Positions 32,569-62,576 of a DNA stretch of 64,000 nt are shown here, in pieces. A program made the translations under genes and the position numbers. Within the stretch, counting starts at the first letter, position 1. Every line of letters starts with the position of its first letter. Source of the stretch: Antedon mediterranea. Its lineage: Eukaryota; Animalia; Echinodermata. Where the stretch lies: positions 21,036,871 to 21,100,870 of the forward strand of contig NC_092676.1 of assembly GCF_964355755.1 (NCBI RefSeq), given 5' to 3'. A model generated the notes under the pieces. It was not told the origin of the DNA and made no database searches. It saw only the letters and a program-made list of their open reading frames with translations.

Positions 32569-34439
32569 CTTTCTTTTTGTCTGGCGGCGTTGATTGGGTT
32601 TCTCCGGCGGGACAACAGTTCAACAATGTGGTAAAACTAAAGGCCTTGAATCGTTTTGATGGGTGAGACTGCTTGCTGTTTATATTAAACCAACGAAATT
32701 AATTATAAAAATGTAACAAAACAAAACAGTATTTGATGTTAAATTGACGTACCAACAAAACTAGGCCTACCTCTGAATTATACGAACACAATCTCAGCTA
32801 CTTCGACGTTACAAATGAAGATAACCCAACTTTCGGAATTTTTATAGCACACGGCGTGCATAAACTTTGTGTATACTTCGTGTCAATGTTGCCAGCGTGG
32901 AAAACTAATTGACGAATCACAAGCGTAGAACTGTACCATGTGTCAGTATTTGACGAATCCAGTGATACCTTTAAAAAAACTCCTTGAAAGTTAACCTTCA
33001 TCCAAAGTATATATTACGGTAAGTCTCATTGGATACATTTACCAGTGTTAGCTTAAACGTTTTTGATTGGTGCAATGTAGCCACGTCTTCAATCTCCCAG
33101 GGACGTTTTATTTTTATCTTAAAGGCGGGAGGAAATCTACCCGGCAGGCGATAAATAACTAATGGAATTGATTTACTTAGGTTACTATTTACGGAAGATG
33201 ACGTGCGAAAAGAACTTCTTTCATCATCCAAAACCGATGGTGATGTGGCAACCTAAAAAAAAAAAAAAAACACTTCCAAAAAGAGGCTATAAAATTATAA
33301 TGATACGGATATAGGCCTAGATTGTTGTTTATTACTCCTTTTGGCTAAAATCATCCTATTATGATCCATTGGTTATTTTTAGGCAGTAAATTTCAAGTAG
33401 AAACAAATTGACCGCTACTACTACAGGTTTATACATAGGCTACACCTAATTATACATTTTATTCATAAAAGTGAAATCAGCATTTATTACTAATCAATAT
33501 GCCGTATATATACTGTTTACGTTCTTTATTATACAACATTCTGGAACTCAGAAAGTGATTAAAATTTCAACACAACTTTTGGTTTAATCAAAATTTGCAT
33601 TTTCTATATCTTAATACTAGTAGGGCCTATTTCATGAAATCCTGGGCTAACTACAATGTCTTTTTTAATTCTAAGTTATCAACTCATCATGATTGGTATA
33701 CTGACTGGAAAAAACATTGGCCAGAATAAGAATACTGTATTTAATTGGCGTCGGACCCTCGACTGGATCTTCTTTCCGTGGAACATTCTAGAAATTCTAT
33801 TGCGTCATCTTCACAATCTAATTCGTGAAACGGATTGAAATTAGTCAACAAAGGCCTCGATTACGTATTTTCAGTCCACTTTGGTCCCGCAGATATATGA
33901 TGGCTTATTATTAGAAACAATCCTTTTGGAGACGTGACATTTGGCTTTTATTTTGATTGAATTTTGCATGCGCACGTAGCGTAAAAGTTTAGTACCAATC
34001 ATGGAGTAAAGAATAAGTTATTTACTCCATGGTACCAAATATTATTTTGTGATAACATTACAATTGTTGTTTATGTAATACAGTAGTTGCAAATGATTCG
34101 TATTTTTCATTTGATTTTTTATTGAAAAAAAAATAGTTTAGGCATATATTACTGTATATAAATTTGATAGCAATTAAACCCAAATCACAGTTAGCTATTA
34201 GACCACTATCGCAGAAATGTGGAGAAAAAAAAGATCTGTTCCTAATTAGTTTAAATTAAGAATAATAAGGCCTACGGAAAAAGAAAACAATTTAAAGAAT
34301 TCCAAATATGTCTGTAAATGTGCCCGAGCGGTGGCGCACTTCAATTTAAATCCCACCCGGAAATTAAAAGGCGCTGAAATCAAAATAAGGCAGACGGTCA
34401 TCGTGTAGCCTAGTACTACTGCTCTGCACAACAAAAATC

Positions 34440-37400
34440 ATGAAGATCAAGAGTTTAAAGAGGTTAGTTAGGGATGTCAGAGTATATTTCCTATATTATA
34501 GTACTAGGCCTAGCCTAGGCCTAATTAATCTAAAATTATAAGGAATGGATAACAAAATCGTGAGGTTTCAGTGCGGTGATACTGCTGTTTTTTCAGGCCA
34601 TCCATTCATGCATTATCGACCGAGAGGCCGAGGCCAAGTCGTGCAGCCGGCCCCACTATTTATTCCAATGTCTACTAGCCTAGGCCTATGAAGTACAATG
34701 CAATGGGGAAAATGATCTCGGCATACATACTAGTCCTAGGCTTATACTATGATAGATACTGACGGACTTAGGGATTAGGCCAAGTTGAGCCGCCGACAAG
34801 TTGAGCCGCCACCAGAAAAACGTTATTTTTTATGGAACGCCAAATGCTAACTTTCGCCGGTGCTCGTTCAATTTATATTATTAGGGATCGATGTACATTC
34901 AAAAGTTTATACTGTATATCATGGTTTTTAGTATATATATTATTAAATATATAATTAAAGAAATAATTATGAAAATCTGGCTTGTAGATTCCAAAATATA
35001 AAACATCACCGAAAGTGATCGTTTTTAGCCAAAAATGACGTAAACATGTTGCCCCTCAGTCGGCAGTTGTATGAACTAGGCTTACTCCATTTTTCGGTAA
35101 AATAATTACATAAAATCACGTTTTTTAGTAAAATATTTTGTGTATTAACATTGTAAAATTCAATAAAATATGATATTAAAAGATTAGTAAATAAAAAATA
35201 ATATTTATTTAACCTCATTCAAAGAATGTTAATACTCTATTAATTAGTCCTGAGAGAGGACAACGTGACTTTACGTGGTAGGCCTACACGTGGCGAGAAA
35301 AATTATGAGTGCACTGAATTTTTTCCTCGAAAGATTAAAAACAATTACATTATTAAATATTACTTATGTAATATGAACTTATGTACTAGGACACCATCCT
35401 AATCGCTACGCGAAATGTCGTAAAAGACGGATGCACTGGGCGTTTCATAGAAATCACCGGCGGCTCAACTTGTCGGCGGCCCAACCGGTCATATCCCATA
35501 CTGACAACTGTATAGCCTAGGCTAGGCGTCCTCCTAGCTAGGCCCTAAAGCTACCTAGCTAGGCATGGCTATAGTTGTGCCTAGCCTAGTCCTAGACTAG
35601 AGGCCTACCTATTTCCTTGCATTTCATTAAATTGGTCAACGCCATCCCCACCACCTTTAGGCCGAGCCTAGTTCTGCTAGGTTCTAGCAGTAGGCTCTTG
35701 TCTAAACCCAATAAATGAATACTTTATTCATATTCTTTGCAATATGAATAGGCTACTAGGCCTAGCCTAGGCCTAGAAGTACTATGCAGTATGACGAAAA
35801 TATTAATAAAGTCAATTAATAAGCATTTAATAAATTTTTTTACAGAGATATACTTAAAAAGGACTCATCCAAGTCTTCTCTGAAGTTGCATACATTTGAA
35901 TGTCGACGCAGTAAAAGAATTGAGAGACGTGTTTTAAGCCGATGTTACACAAAACTTGTCACTGAGAGTGTTCTTGGCTATTTTGAGATATTACCTGCTG
36001 AAATTCAATATCATATTATGAAATTTCTTTCAGGTATATGCTGTTTAAATAGTATAGTTTTTTTTTCTAATACTGAGCCTGAAAGATGAAAAAAGCTGAA
36101 CAAAAAAAATAATAAATGAAAATTGCTAAATACAGTATAATATAATTAAACTTAAACATTGTTATTATTATTATTATTTTAATGTTTGTTTTAGTTGAAG
36201 AGCTAAGTATTCTAAGTTTGGTGAGCAAAGCTGTTAGAGATTTTGTACTGAAGTATATGTTAACTCCAATCAAAACAAATCAGTTCTACCCTCGTCCATG
36301 TGATTCGATTGGAAGACAAACCAAATTACTGCGCATGTGGATTGTTGTTTCTAATCATTTTAAAAATCTTGGTAAGAAATTGTTATTAATATACCAGGTG
36401 ATATACTTTCAATCAAATACAAAAATCAATACTGTAGGCATTGGTATAACGCACAAGGCAAAGGTCCCTGATTTAGGCCCCTCCAACGCTGGGTAGTTGC
36501 ATTGAGCTCTGGGGCCCCTTGGTTTAGCCAGAGAGTCCTCATAGCAGTTACGCCACTATATGTAGGCCTACTACTAACTTCATAACTCCAAAAATTACAT
36601 TCTGAAAGAGTATTTGAAGTACAAGCTTAAATTCTTTTTATTTCTTAAACAGGACTTTTGGTTAAGAGAGCAACATGTCTTTTTCCAACAAAAGAAAGAC
36701 TTAAAATAATGGAAAAGTTTTTTTCTCAGGTGGGTTCAATTGCAAAATAATTCACCATGTGATTCATTTACATGATATACAGTAATTCATTCAATCTTTT
36801 ATTTCGGAATCTCTGGTCCACAGTTTAAATAACATGATCAATTCATTTAAGTAATTTGCAATGATAAATTTGTATTAAAAACACACATATTTGTTGGTGT
36901 AAACATTACAAATGTCAGTACTAGCTGTCAGTCCACCAAACAATGAAATGGGTGCATTAATTGTAGAAAGTAACAATGATAAACCTTCTATCTCTCACAC
37001 GCATACTTAATGTATAATATTTTGTGGTTTGTTGTTTATCAAGTCAATGCAAAAGTAACATTTAATATTTCAAAATTGATTGGTTGATTGTTGTGCCTTT
37101 TTATGTCACTAAAAATATATTGATTGCATACTGTATTTCTTATTCATTTTTTTCAGCTTGCATATTTTTCCGATTCCACCTCACATGATGCTCTGAGTTG
37201 CTATGGCAGTTTCCTCTTTGTGTTTGTAAAAGGATGGGAAGAGAAGGAATGCCATAGAGCATTTACATATGTCTCAGATATGCACAATTTTTACAAAAAG
37301 CTTTGTAAGTTATAGTTTAATTTTTATTACTAAACTTAAAAACCCCCAAAAAGGTTTGTCTACATTATCAAATATAGTAGTGATATGCCCAAATATGGTA

Positions 37401-40400
37401 GTGATATGATATCATTATGTCCATATATGGACCTGAGGCCCCTGGTAAAGAAATGTTAAGTGGCCCTCCAACCCTGGAGGCCTTTTTTGGCTTGTTTTAA
37501 TGCCTTTTTTGCTGTTACACCACTGAATGCAGCATATATTGCTACTGGCATCAAGGTATTTTTCAACATCCTCAAAGATTTCTGCAGAATTTGTTTTATG
37601 AGGTATATAAAGCAATCATTATTATAGCATTATTCTTTTTTTAGTACCAGTTTTATCCAACAAGCCTGGTTTCCTAAAAGATCAAGAACTCTTAGTACGG
37701 TGTTTCTACCGATGTGTGTTCCTGGACAGATGTGAGAACAGTAATGAATTTGGTGTTTGGCTCAGCTTTATACTACGGTCACTTCCAATTGTCTACCAGG
37801 CCAGGTTGATATTCATATTGTATGGACCACTTTCTAATGCTACAGGTATTATAACATCATTGAATTTTTTTATTGGTTACTGTACAAAAACTCTCCTACT
37901 ATCAGAATTTTTAAACCAAACTCCCCGAAACCAGACTTCTCTTAAAGGCCAAAGGGTCCCAAATTAATTTTTACTATTAAAAACACATTCTGAATACCAG
38001 ACTTTCCAGAAAACCAGGCAGATTTGGCCAGCCCAAGGATTCCAGTATTGGGAGAGAGCCCAAGGGTTTCTGGTATTGGAAGAGTTGACTATAGGTTTTT
38101 ATCAAATTTTAGTAGTACAGTAATGATATCTTTGCATTTTCATTTAAATGAAACTTCTTTTTTTAAAACATTTCTTCTTTTCTATTTCATCCAAAAAAAG
38201 GAGAGAAAACTACTACACAAAAATGATCTCTAAATTATTTCCAAAAACAATAATTTTTATCTATATTTTCTCGTTGACAGAAGGCGTTAACTGGAATGCA
38301 ATGAGTGAAGATTCTGACTCGTATAGTAATGCTGGAGATCTGGCGGACCTAGCCTTAGCTATCAAGGCATTGTTTAAGCACAAAAGCTGCTCTGATGATG
38401 ATATTATCAGTATTCTTGAAGAATTGACATGTAAGTCACTTATAGTTATTGTTAGAAATGTGTACGTGTTCTGTTTTTATAACTTATGATCTAGATGTGT
38501 GGAGCCATTGAAACACTCGCAATACTGAACAACCCTTTACTTTATTTACTCTCCACCCACGTGTACAAAATGGGTACCTGGTAAGGTCAAGACACAACTT
38601 TGTGCGCTGATTACCAGCTGCGTTGTGGGAGTTTGTTTCTATACATGTTTTATCCATGTGTAATAATAATAATTTATGTATAGAGCTTAAAAGTTTCACG
38701 CTTTATAAATACCGGATGTTATGTTATTATTTAGTGTATAATCACTTTGCTGACACAATACTGTTTTGGTTTAGAAAAATTTAGTGCTCTATTTACCCGA
38801 TTCTCAGTACTGCAGTGTATATAGATTTCTGCAGTATCATAGAAATATTTGATAATACAATATCACATGTGTTTCGCATGTATCATATACCATAACCTTA
38901 CACAACTTAACCTTACATGATACAGGCAACACATGTGATACAAATAAGAGGCTGTATTACTAAATTTTCCTACTATACAATTATTGTAGGATGTGGAGAT
39001 AGAGCACTGAGAATTGGGTAATTGAAAAAGTGAATAATTAATAAGTGACATTAAAATGGCATATTCAACAACAACAAAAAACAATTTTTCTAGGGGGACA
39101 ATATATCTTTAACAAATAGTTCTTCCACAGCTTGTCCAAAAGAGTGGTTAATGGAAAACACATCATATCTGTTAATGCTCTGTGGTGAATCGATTTGTTA
39201 CAAAGTACTGGGCAGCAAGGCTATCAATGGTAAAATGAAAGAACTTGGTAGAATAATAACTTCATTTGCCGTGGTGAGTACTTTCTTACTTTAGTAAGGT
39301 GTTCTTTGACTTTACTTAGGCCAAATAAAAAAATATACTTGTTAAGCGTCACACCCTCATAAATTTTCAGGGGCGGGGGGACGGTTTTTTTTTTTTTTTT
39401 TTTACTTTTTATAGAGGTATATTTTTGCGCGGTGGACGTTTTGCCCCACTTTTTTAGGACGAAACGTCAAACTTTTAAAATGCGAAACAGAACAAAATTG
39501 ACTATGTATGAAATATTATTGCTTATGACAAAATTGAGTTTTGTATTGTTTATATCCAGACGTAATTAAAACATTAAATTTAATTGCCACCAAGCGAAAT
39601 TGTAGGCCTTAGGCTAACTAATCCGTCCAAGGTGCTACCCCAACCTCACTCATCGGCCATCCGCCGTCTCTCGCTCGACTCATCTATCCAGGAAATTCCC
39701 TATCGCGAGAAGCATGATTTGGTCTCAATAATACTAAATAGTGGGCTGATTTATAGTTTGAAAACAGCTTACGGTTGAATTTTTATTCAACGTATTCATT
39801 CTTCTTTGATGAATCCTTTGCCAATTGCTGTGTAAATCAGTATTTAAAGTTGTGATGCAAAAAGTGTATGTAATTATTCCAGGCAGGTAAACCAGGCATA
39901 AGGAAACCCATCGCCCAACAGGACCTCGTGGTGTGCCGATCTCGAGCGCGAGATCATCGTAAACAAAATTGGTAGAGTCCATTATGTATGGGGTGTTTCC
40001 TATTTACGAACCTATAAAAAAACGCGCTTCGACCACTGTGTAGGCAAAATATTTATTTCGTTAAATCCCTAAATTGATAATCGCGTATTCTGTAATCACG
40101 TGACTGATGATGTAATCCTCAGCGACGTACTAAATGCACATGATTTAATGTGTTGGGGAAAAAGCTTGCTGTTTACCACATTACATGATTCACGGTGCTA
40201 TTCGCGTTTCCTTTACGTAAATCGGCGGCGTGTAAATGAAACAATTGTTTTCACCAATTTGCCGTTGTCGACATAGAGCGATCGGCGGCTAGCGTTGTCT
40301 AAGCTAAAAAGTATGTATTTTTTCAAAAATTACACTAGCCTAACAAACATTTGCTAGTTTTGAAATTTTCAAATAGCAATTATGAAGAATCTACTAGCAA

Positions 40401-41717
40401 AATGCTAGTTTGCTAGCGTGAATTTCGAGCCCTACTCTGGAGCTGGGTCGGGCCGCTGAACTTTCCGTTGTATATTGGTAAAAAAAAAATAAAAATAAAA
40501 AGAGAGGCGGCTGGATAATCAAGAGCGGGCGGTGACGCTTAAAAAGTATGTTTTTTTATTTGGCCTTATCTCAAAACATTAATGAGTAAACAATAAGAAT
40601 ATTTATGGACACATAATGTCATTATGCGAGTCTCAAAATAAAAATAAATACTTTGCGATGAGAGAGATTCAAGATTCAGGACATTTTATTTTACACCTCT
40701 GCATGAAGAATGACAAATTTAACAAGATGACAACATATCCAAATTTAAACTACTGTTTTCCAGGTGTTTTTGCATGAGGAACTGTCAATTCACTGGGTTG
40801 TTAAACTTGTCTTGGAGATAGCTTTCAATCTAGGAAGTACAAAGGAAGTAGGATCATTCTTCACCTCTATTATGCATACATTCTCGGACTGTCTGATGGC
40901 CCTCCATACAGAAGGTGAGTCACGGCATCCTGCCTGGTATTTCTTAGCTTCCACTAGGTGTCTGTAAATAAATTAGGCTTATCATTGTTTGTTCACTGGT
41001 GGTGTTATACTTATCAGTTTTGTAAGTAGGGACTTTATGAAACAGAACGGTTAAGGGAGGATGACAAAGATTCTGTTTTGGCTAGAGCGTAATATCATAA
41101 ACAGACAACATAGCCATTTTATTAGTTATTCATAAGCACTGTCCCATGGCTTCTCATTCTGTTTTGTATAGTCCCTATTGTTTTGTGAGTATACTTGGCC
41201 CTCTTGGTAATAGAATTGTACTGAAAAGATTTCCTAGTAAATAAAGAAAAAATAAATATAAAGAAAAATGGAAATGAAATAAATTTGTACACATACTTGT
41301 AAATATGTCGATATATATAAAATGCTATACTTCATAATCATATTACTATATTTGATAAGGCATTTAATTCATTTGTTTATTTATTAATCTTTTTCAACCA
41401 TTAGCGGTCAAACACTACTGTTATGCCACAATTTGATCATTCATAAACGATATGAAAAATTGAATATTAACTAAAAATATTTTAGATTATTAATTTTTAT
41501 ATGATTTAAAGTATTAGTCAACACGTTTCACAAGTCTTTTTCCGCAAACGCAAAAATTAAATTAATTCATCCAATTTTGGAATAGATATTTTATAAACAA
41601 ACTGTTTTGTTTGTAGGTTCCGATGCTGAGATACAGTCAATGCTGAGAGCGCAATCTGAAATGCTTAAGGAGTTTATGCTGCTGTCAATCAAATCTCAAG
41701 TTTGTAAAACAAAGTAA
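34440..41717 (+). CDS. FBXO47: F-box only protein 47-like, ~452 aa
   Basis: Exons 34440-34462 (least certain), 35846-36033, 36195-36371, 36653-36729, 37157-37304, 37645-37845, 38281-38430, 39131-39273, 40764-40914, 41617-41717. F-box LGYFEILPAEIQYHIMKFLS; FBXO47-like motifs LGLLVKRATCLFPTKERLK, GWEEKEC, QARLIFILYGP, EWLMEN, SKAING. Confidence 0.88.
34771..35497. mobile_element. Non-autonomous DNA transposon (MITE) in FBXO47 intron 1
   Basis: TIRs GGGA...GTTGAGCCGCCGACAAGTTGAGCCGCC and reverse complement at 35458-35497; flanks TTA/ATA. Confidence 0.7.
38520..38730 (+). mobile_element. Degenerate SINE remnant
   Basis: CTCTCCACCCACGTGTACAAAATGGGTACCTGG resembles a conserved SINE central-domain motif, followed by a CGCTTTATAAAT...(TTA)n L2-like tail. 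Confidence 0.45.
39319..40565. mobile_element. PIF/Harbinger-like non-autonomous element (1247 bp) in FBXO47 intron 8
   Basis: ~34-bp TIR GGCCAAATAAAAAAA(T/C)ATACTT(G/T)TTAAGCGTCAC at both ends; TSD TTA. Confidence 0.85.
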
Positions 41718-43180
41718 GACAAACTTATATACTACATCGAGACTGTAAATATTTGTCAAGCTCAGGTAGGAAGAAATTATTGTTTTCTTTTGAAAATTAA
41801 TGTTATTTATTTACTGTATATACTGTATTTATATGTTATTTATTGCAGAAGTCGTTTTGGAATAATGTTATTAATGTTATTTATTTTTAACTGAATATGC
41901 AATGTATATTACAAAAATAGATTTTTTATTACAGAAGATGTATAAATTTTATTTATATCAAAAGTTGAATTGCTAAATGCATATATTGTGCAATAATATA
42001 TAATAATCTGCGAATAGTATAGGATTGAAGGAAAATATTTATTTATGCAGAGTACCTCGCTATGTTTCACAAGAGTGTGAACAAATTATTTTACTCAAAA
42101 CAATAAAAAAAATATGTATGTAGCAACATGCGCAGTATGTGCTGCTCAGCGTAAACTCACTTCAACAACGATTAGTCAATTATTTTTCATTTACTTTATC
42201 GATGCCAATTTGGTTTTACAGTATTATTAATATTAACTTTTTGAAGACCCTTGAACAAATACATAAAGCATAGAGATATTATATTATTATTATTATATTA
42301 TCTCTATGCATAAAGTAACTAGAAAAACTTTAACTTTTCTGCTAATTTTAAGTATTTAGGATTAGGTAGTATAAGGAGGTGAGCCCTCTATAGTAATAAT
42401 AGGCCTAATTGTAGTGTTAAAAAGTGTTCATTTTATTCTAATCGTTCTTTCACTTGTTGTCAGGTTAATTTAAACCAATTATGCACAATATTCTTGTTTT
42501 GAATTTTTTATCATAGTAAATATTACTTAAATTATGAAATACTTCAGTTGAGTATACTTCAAAGAGATTTTTATTTTGCAATTGACAAGTAATGGGAGTT
42601 TTCAAAACTACTATAGTACTATTGTGCCTTGATTTATTATTATTCTAAACAATAACTGAGCAAGCAAAAACATTTATTGACGATCACAATACATTTAATT
42701 TTTTTCTTTTATAATATAAAATGAATACGATTAATGTCAGAAAAAATTCAGATGTGTTATTTTCCTTTATAGCTAAAGTTGTCTAGATTTATTACTTAAT
42801 TTAGTTACATGTTATGCATAGTTTTGTAATATTATTTAATGTTTGAAAAAGAGGCCTTAAAAAATTATATCAATAATATAATAGAATTATTATATTATTA
42901 GTGTGTTAGTTAGAATTGACATGTTTTAATTTGTTTGTTAAAAAACTGAGTGAATAAAGTGCAATTTTAGAATCTATTATTATTTTAGGTTTTGTTTTGT
43001 GTTTAGATAGATGTGTTCATATTTAATCCTTAATAGGTTAACGGAGCATTATAATACAGTTCGTAGGCCATCCTGCTCATTTACTTATGGGATCACTTTA
43101 ACCTTTATTGTAGAGTTACTGCTGCATTATAAAACATTAAAAGTCCCTATTCTGAAATATAATAATGAATAGTAATACTT

Positions 43181-43880
43181 AATCATAGAAGAACAGAAAA
43201 ATAAAGCCAAAATCATATTTATAACTTAGTCAGTTAGTACATACCGGTTTCTAAAATGTAGTTCAGCAAAACGGTACCACCACAGACTAGCTGCTTAACT
43301 TTAGGGTTGGGCTTGTATTAAAAAAAAAATAATTGATTAGTAAGGCTCCCATTTACTTTAATGCGATTATAATCATATGCTCTTTGTACAATACTAACAG
43401 TCCCATAATAATTCTTAATCATAATAGGACAGACAACCATAACCTAGTCAGCAAGTAGTACCCATCGATTTCAAGAATGTAGTCCAGTTAACAAAATGGT
43501 TGTGATGTAGCCTGAATAACTTTCAATATTGAGGTAGCTTGCAATCATTCTTTCATTCAATCTTTTATTTCAGAATTTCTGGTCCATAGTATGAAAGGTG
43601 ATATTTTACTATAATATTAATAGGAATGCCCGATTTCTTATTGGATTACTTTTATACTCATTATATAATTTGTATATTGTACAATATTAAAAATCTCTAT
43701 TCTCAAATAGTATACATAAATAGTTATTTTTAATTATAATAGGACAAAAAATTAAAGCGAAAACCATAACTTAGCAATTTACCGGTTGGTTCAAGGAATG
43801 GAATATAGCCAACGGTTCAACTGAGAATTGTAGGCAGACCACCATATTACCTCCTTAGCTTTCAAGATTAAAAGCTTACA
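43181..43880 (+). repeat. Old degenerate tandem repeat (3 copies at ~43181, 43417, 43731)
   Basis: AATCATA(A)TAGGACA...ATAACTTAGTCAG...GTTTCAAGAATGTAG motif recurs. Confidence 0.55.
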
Positions 43881-44064
43881 ATCATCAGAATAAATGGTTA
43901 TTTTTCACTATACAGATAAGACTGTATATTTAGTGTTGTCAGCAACTTCTGGTCGCAATTCATATTGTTTTATGCAAACCAACACGATGCGTTTCATTGG
44001 TATCTTCGTTACCGTTCATTAAATTCATATCATCATCAGCATTGATATTGATTTAGTAGACTAA

Positions 44065-44190
44065 AGCTCTGTCTGCACTATCAAACTAGTTGCCAAAAAA
44101 GTGTCCAAATATGATAGTAATATGACATCATTATGTCCATATATGGGCGCATCACATATTCACATAAAGTTTGATAGTGTAAACAGAGAT
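44065..44190. mobile_element. Short MITE; partial copies at 17462-17530 and 37353-37430
   Basis: TIR AGCTCTGTCT(G/A)CACTATCAAACT / AGTTTGATAGTGTAAACAGAGAT; TAA/TTA flanks. Confidence 0.7.
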
Positions 44191-44295
44191 TTACAATTCA
44201 AAATAACAAAAAGAAAACTTCATACTAGTTTTAACGTATTTCAGATTGCTTTATTATTTGACACAGTGTTTTATTTCGTCAAATGTTACTAAACT

Positions 44296-44475
44296 TAATC
44301 TACGTTTACACTGAGCCCACGTTGATCGGATAGAAAATAGTGAAAATTGGTTAAGCGTGTCCGAATATAACCGTTCACGCTCATTCCGAATTCCATATAA
44401 ACCGTACGTCGTGTGAACCCGGAGTATCTCAAGCCATCGGACCGATTTCGTGGTCGCTCAGTGTGAACGTGGTTA
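44296..44475. mobile_element. Short MITE
   Basis: TIR ACGTTTACACTGAGC / GCTCAGTGTGAACGT. Confidence 0.55.
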
Positions 44476-45977
44476 TATCCTACTAGCGTGTACTAGTTTT
44501 GTAAACGTTGAAGGAATATACAAATGTGTCTCCCTTCACGAACAACTTGAATAATACAGTTCAGTGTAAAAAGATTCTACCTGCTACAATGCTACACAAT
44601 TCGTACAGTCGTCTTTTTCAAATATAAACACATAAATTATTTGACAGTATTTATTCACAAGTTTATTCTATTTTCAAATGTAAAAAAAATGAATTAAATG
44701 TAACATTTACTTATATCTACAAAATCTACAGATAAGGAAATAAACTAAAAAAAACCTCGCATTGGGATGATTTCGTGAGAGTTTAAATTTGTTACCCAAC
44801 TTCCATTATTGCGTTTTACGCAATGTTTATAAATCAGGGAAAAACTACAAATTTAGATTGAATTAGTAATTGAATTATTTATGTTTCTTTTTAAAACAAA
44901 AATAAAATGATTAAAAGAATTAACGTATTTTGATTGACCATACAATAACAAAATTACTACGGGTTTTAGAGACGAATTGTGATTTCCTCCGTGACGTAGT
45001 AATTGAGTTCACAGTACTATGAAATCATCAAAATTAAAAGTTCCTAAAAATGAGTTACGAAATATTCAATTCTAAAAAATATGTTCCTTCTCACGAAGGA
45101 TAGCACATTTAGATGGCAAGAGCGAAACTATTTACAATTATTTACATGTATCTTGTTTGTATTGTACAATTTATTTATTAAACCTAACGGTAATAACTAA
45201 TAATAATATTAGTCAAATAAAATACTATTCCCCGCAATCTAGTTTTGTAACACCCGTTTTTTGGTTATTAATATAAAAAAAGAATTATATAGGCCTAAGT
45301 TTAGAGGTCATCGATCTTTAATAATTTAATCCATTCAAATTCAACTCAATATGAGTGTAAATTTCTTCCAGTCGGTTTTTTTATTTATTAAACTGATGTT
45401 ACCAGACACAACCTCCCCCCCCCCCCACCCCTCCACCCTTTCATGTGATATGACGGTAGTACGTATTAAGCCCCTACAAATGCGTCTTGCGCCTCAAAGA
45501 CATGACCGGCGTAATTTATTTGAAATTATATTGCAGCCAGAAATAGTATTTACCCTGTTTATAATAAAGCGAAATGATATGAAAGCATTATAATTTAAGT
45601 TACGATATACATTCGCATTTCACCCTGTACTAATAAAGTTTAAAGCAGAACAGCCCAACCTAACTATAATGCACTTTTTAGCCGCTGAAAGTTCGTTTCA
45701 ACGCTTTCAAATGAGTTGCGATGCACATTTGTGCGATGTTCATTTTATATCACGCCATTGGCAGTGTTGATGAGATGTATAAATAGTATTACTTCAATGG
45801 AATGATGCAGTCAATTTAAACTGGCATAAACGCTCAACTTTAGCAATATCTGACAAGTGACGTCTTCATCGCCAAAGTTGGTTGCTACAACGCAGAGAAC
45901 CTGTGTTTCAACAACACACGACAATTGACGTCTTCAGCGACAAAGTTGGTGGTGTGTACGGCCTATATAAAGTGTCA

Positions 45978-62576
<16,599 letters not shown>

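Noticed and set aside
32890-33210. ER-stress element in the calumenin promoter
   Set aside because: CCACGTC, TGACGTGC and ATTGG are present, but spacing matches neither ERSE (CCAAT-N9-CCACG) nor ERSE-II.
37884-38093. Tigger/pogo-like MITE
   Set aside because: The inverted ends are too degenerate to delimit confidently.
513-43590. CRISPR-like 36-bp repeat
   Set aside because: Copies are dispersed over kilobases in both orientations in a eukaryotic locus, with no spacers and no cas genes.
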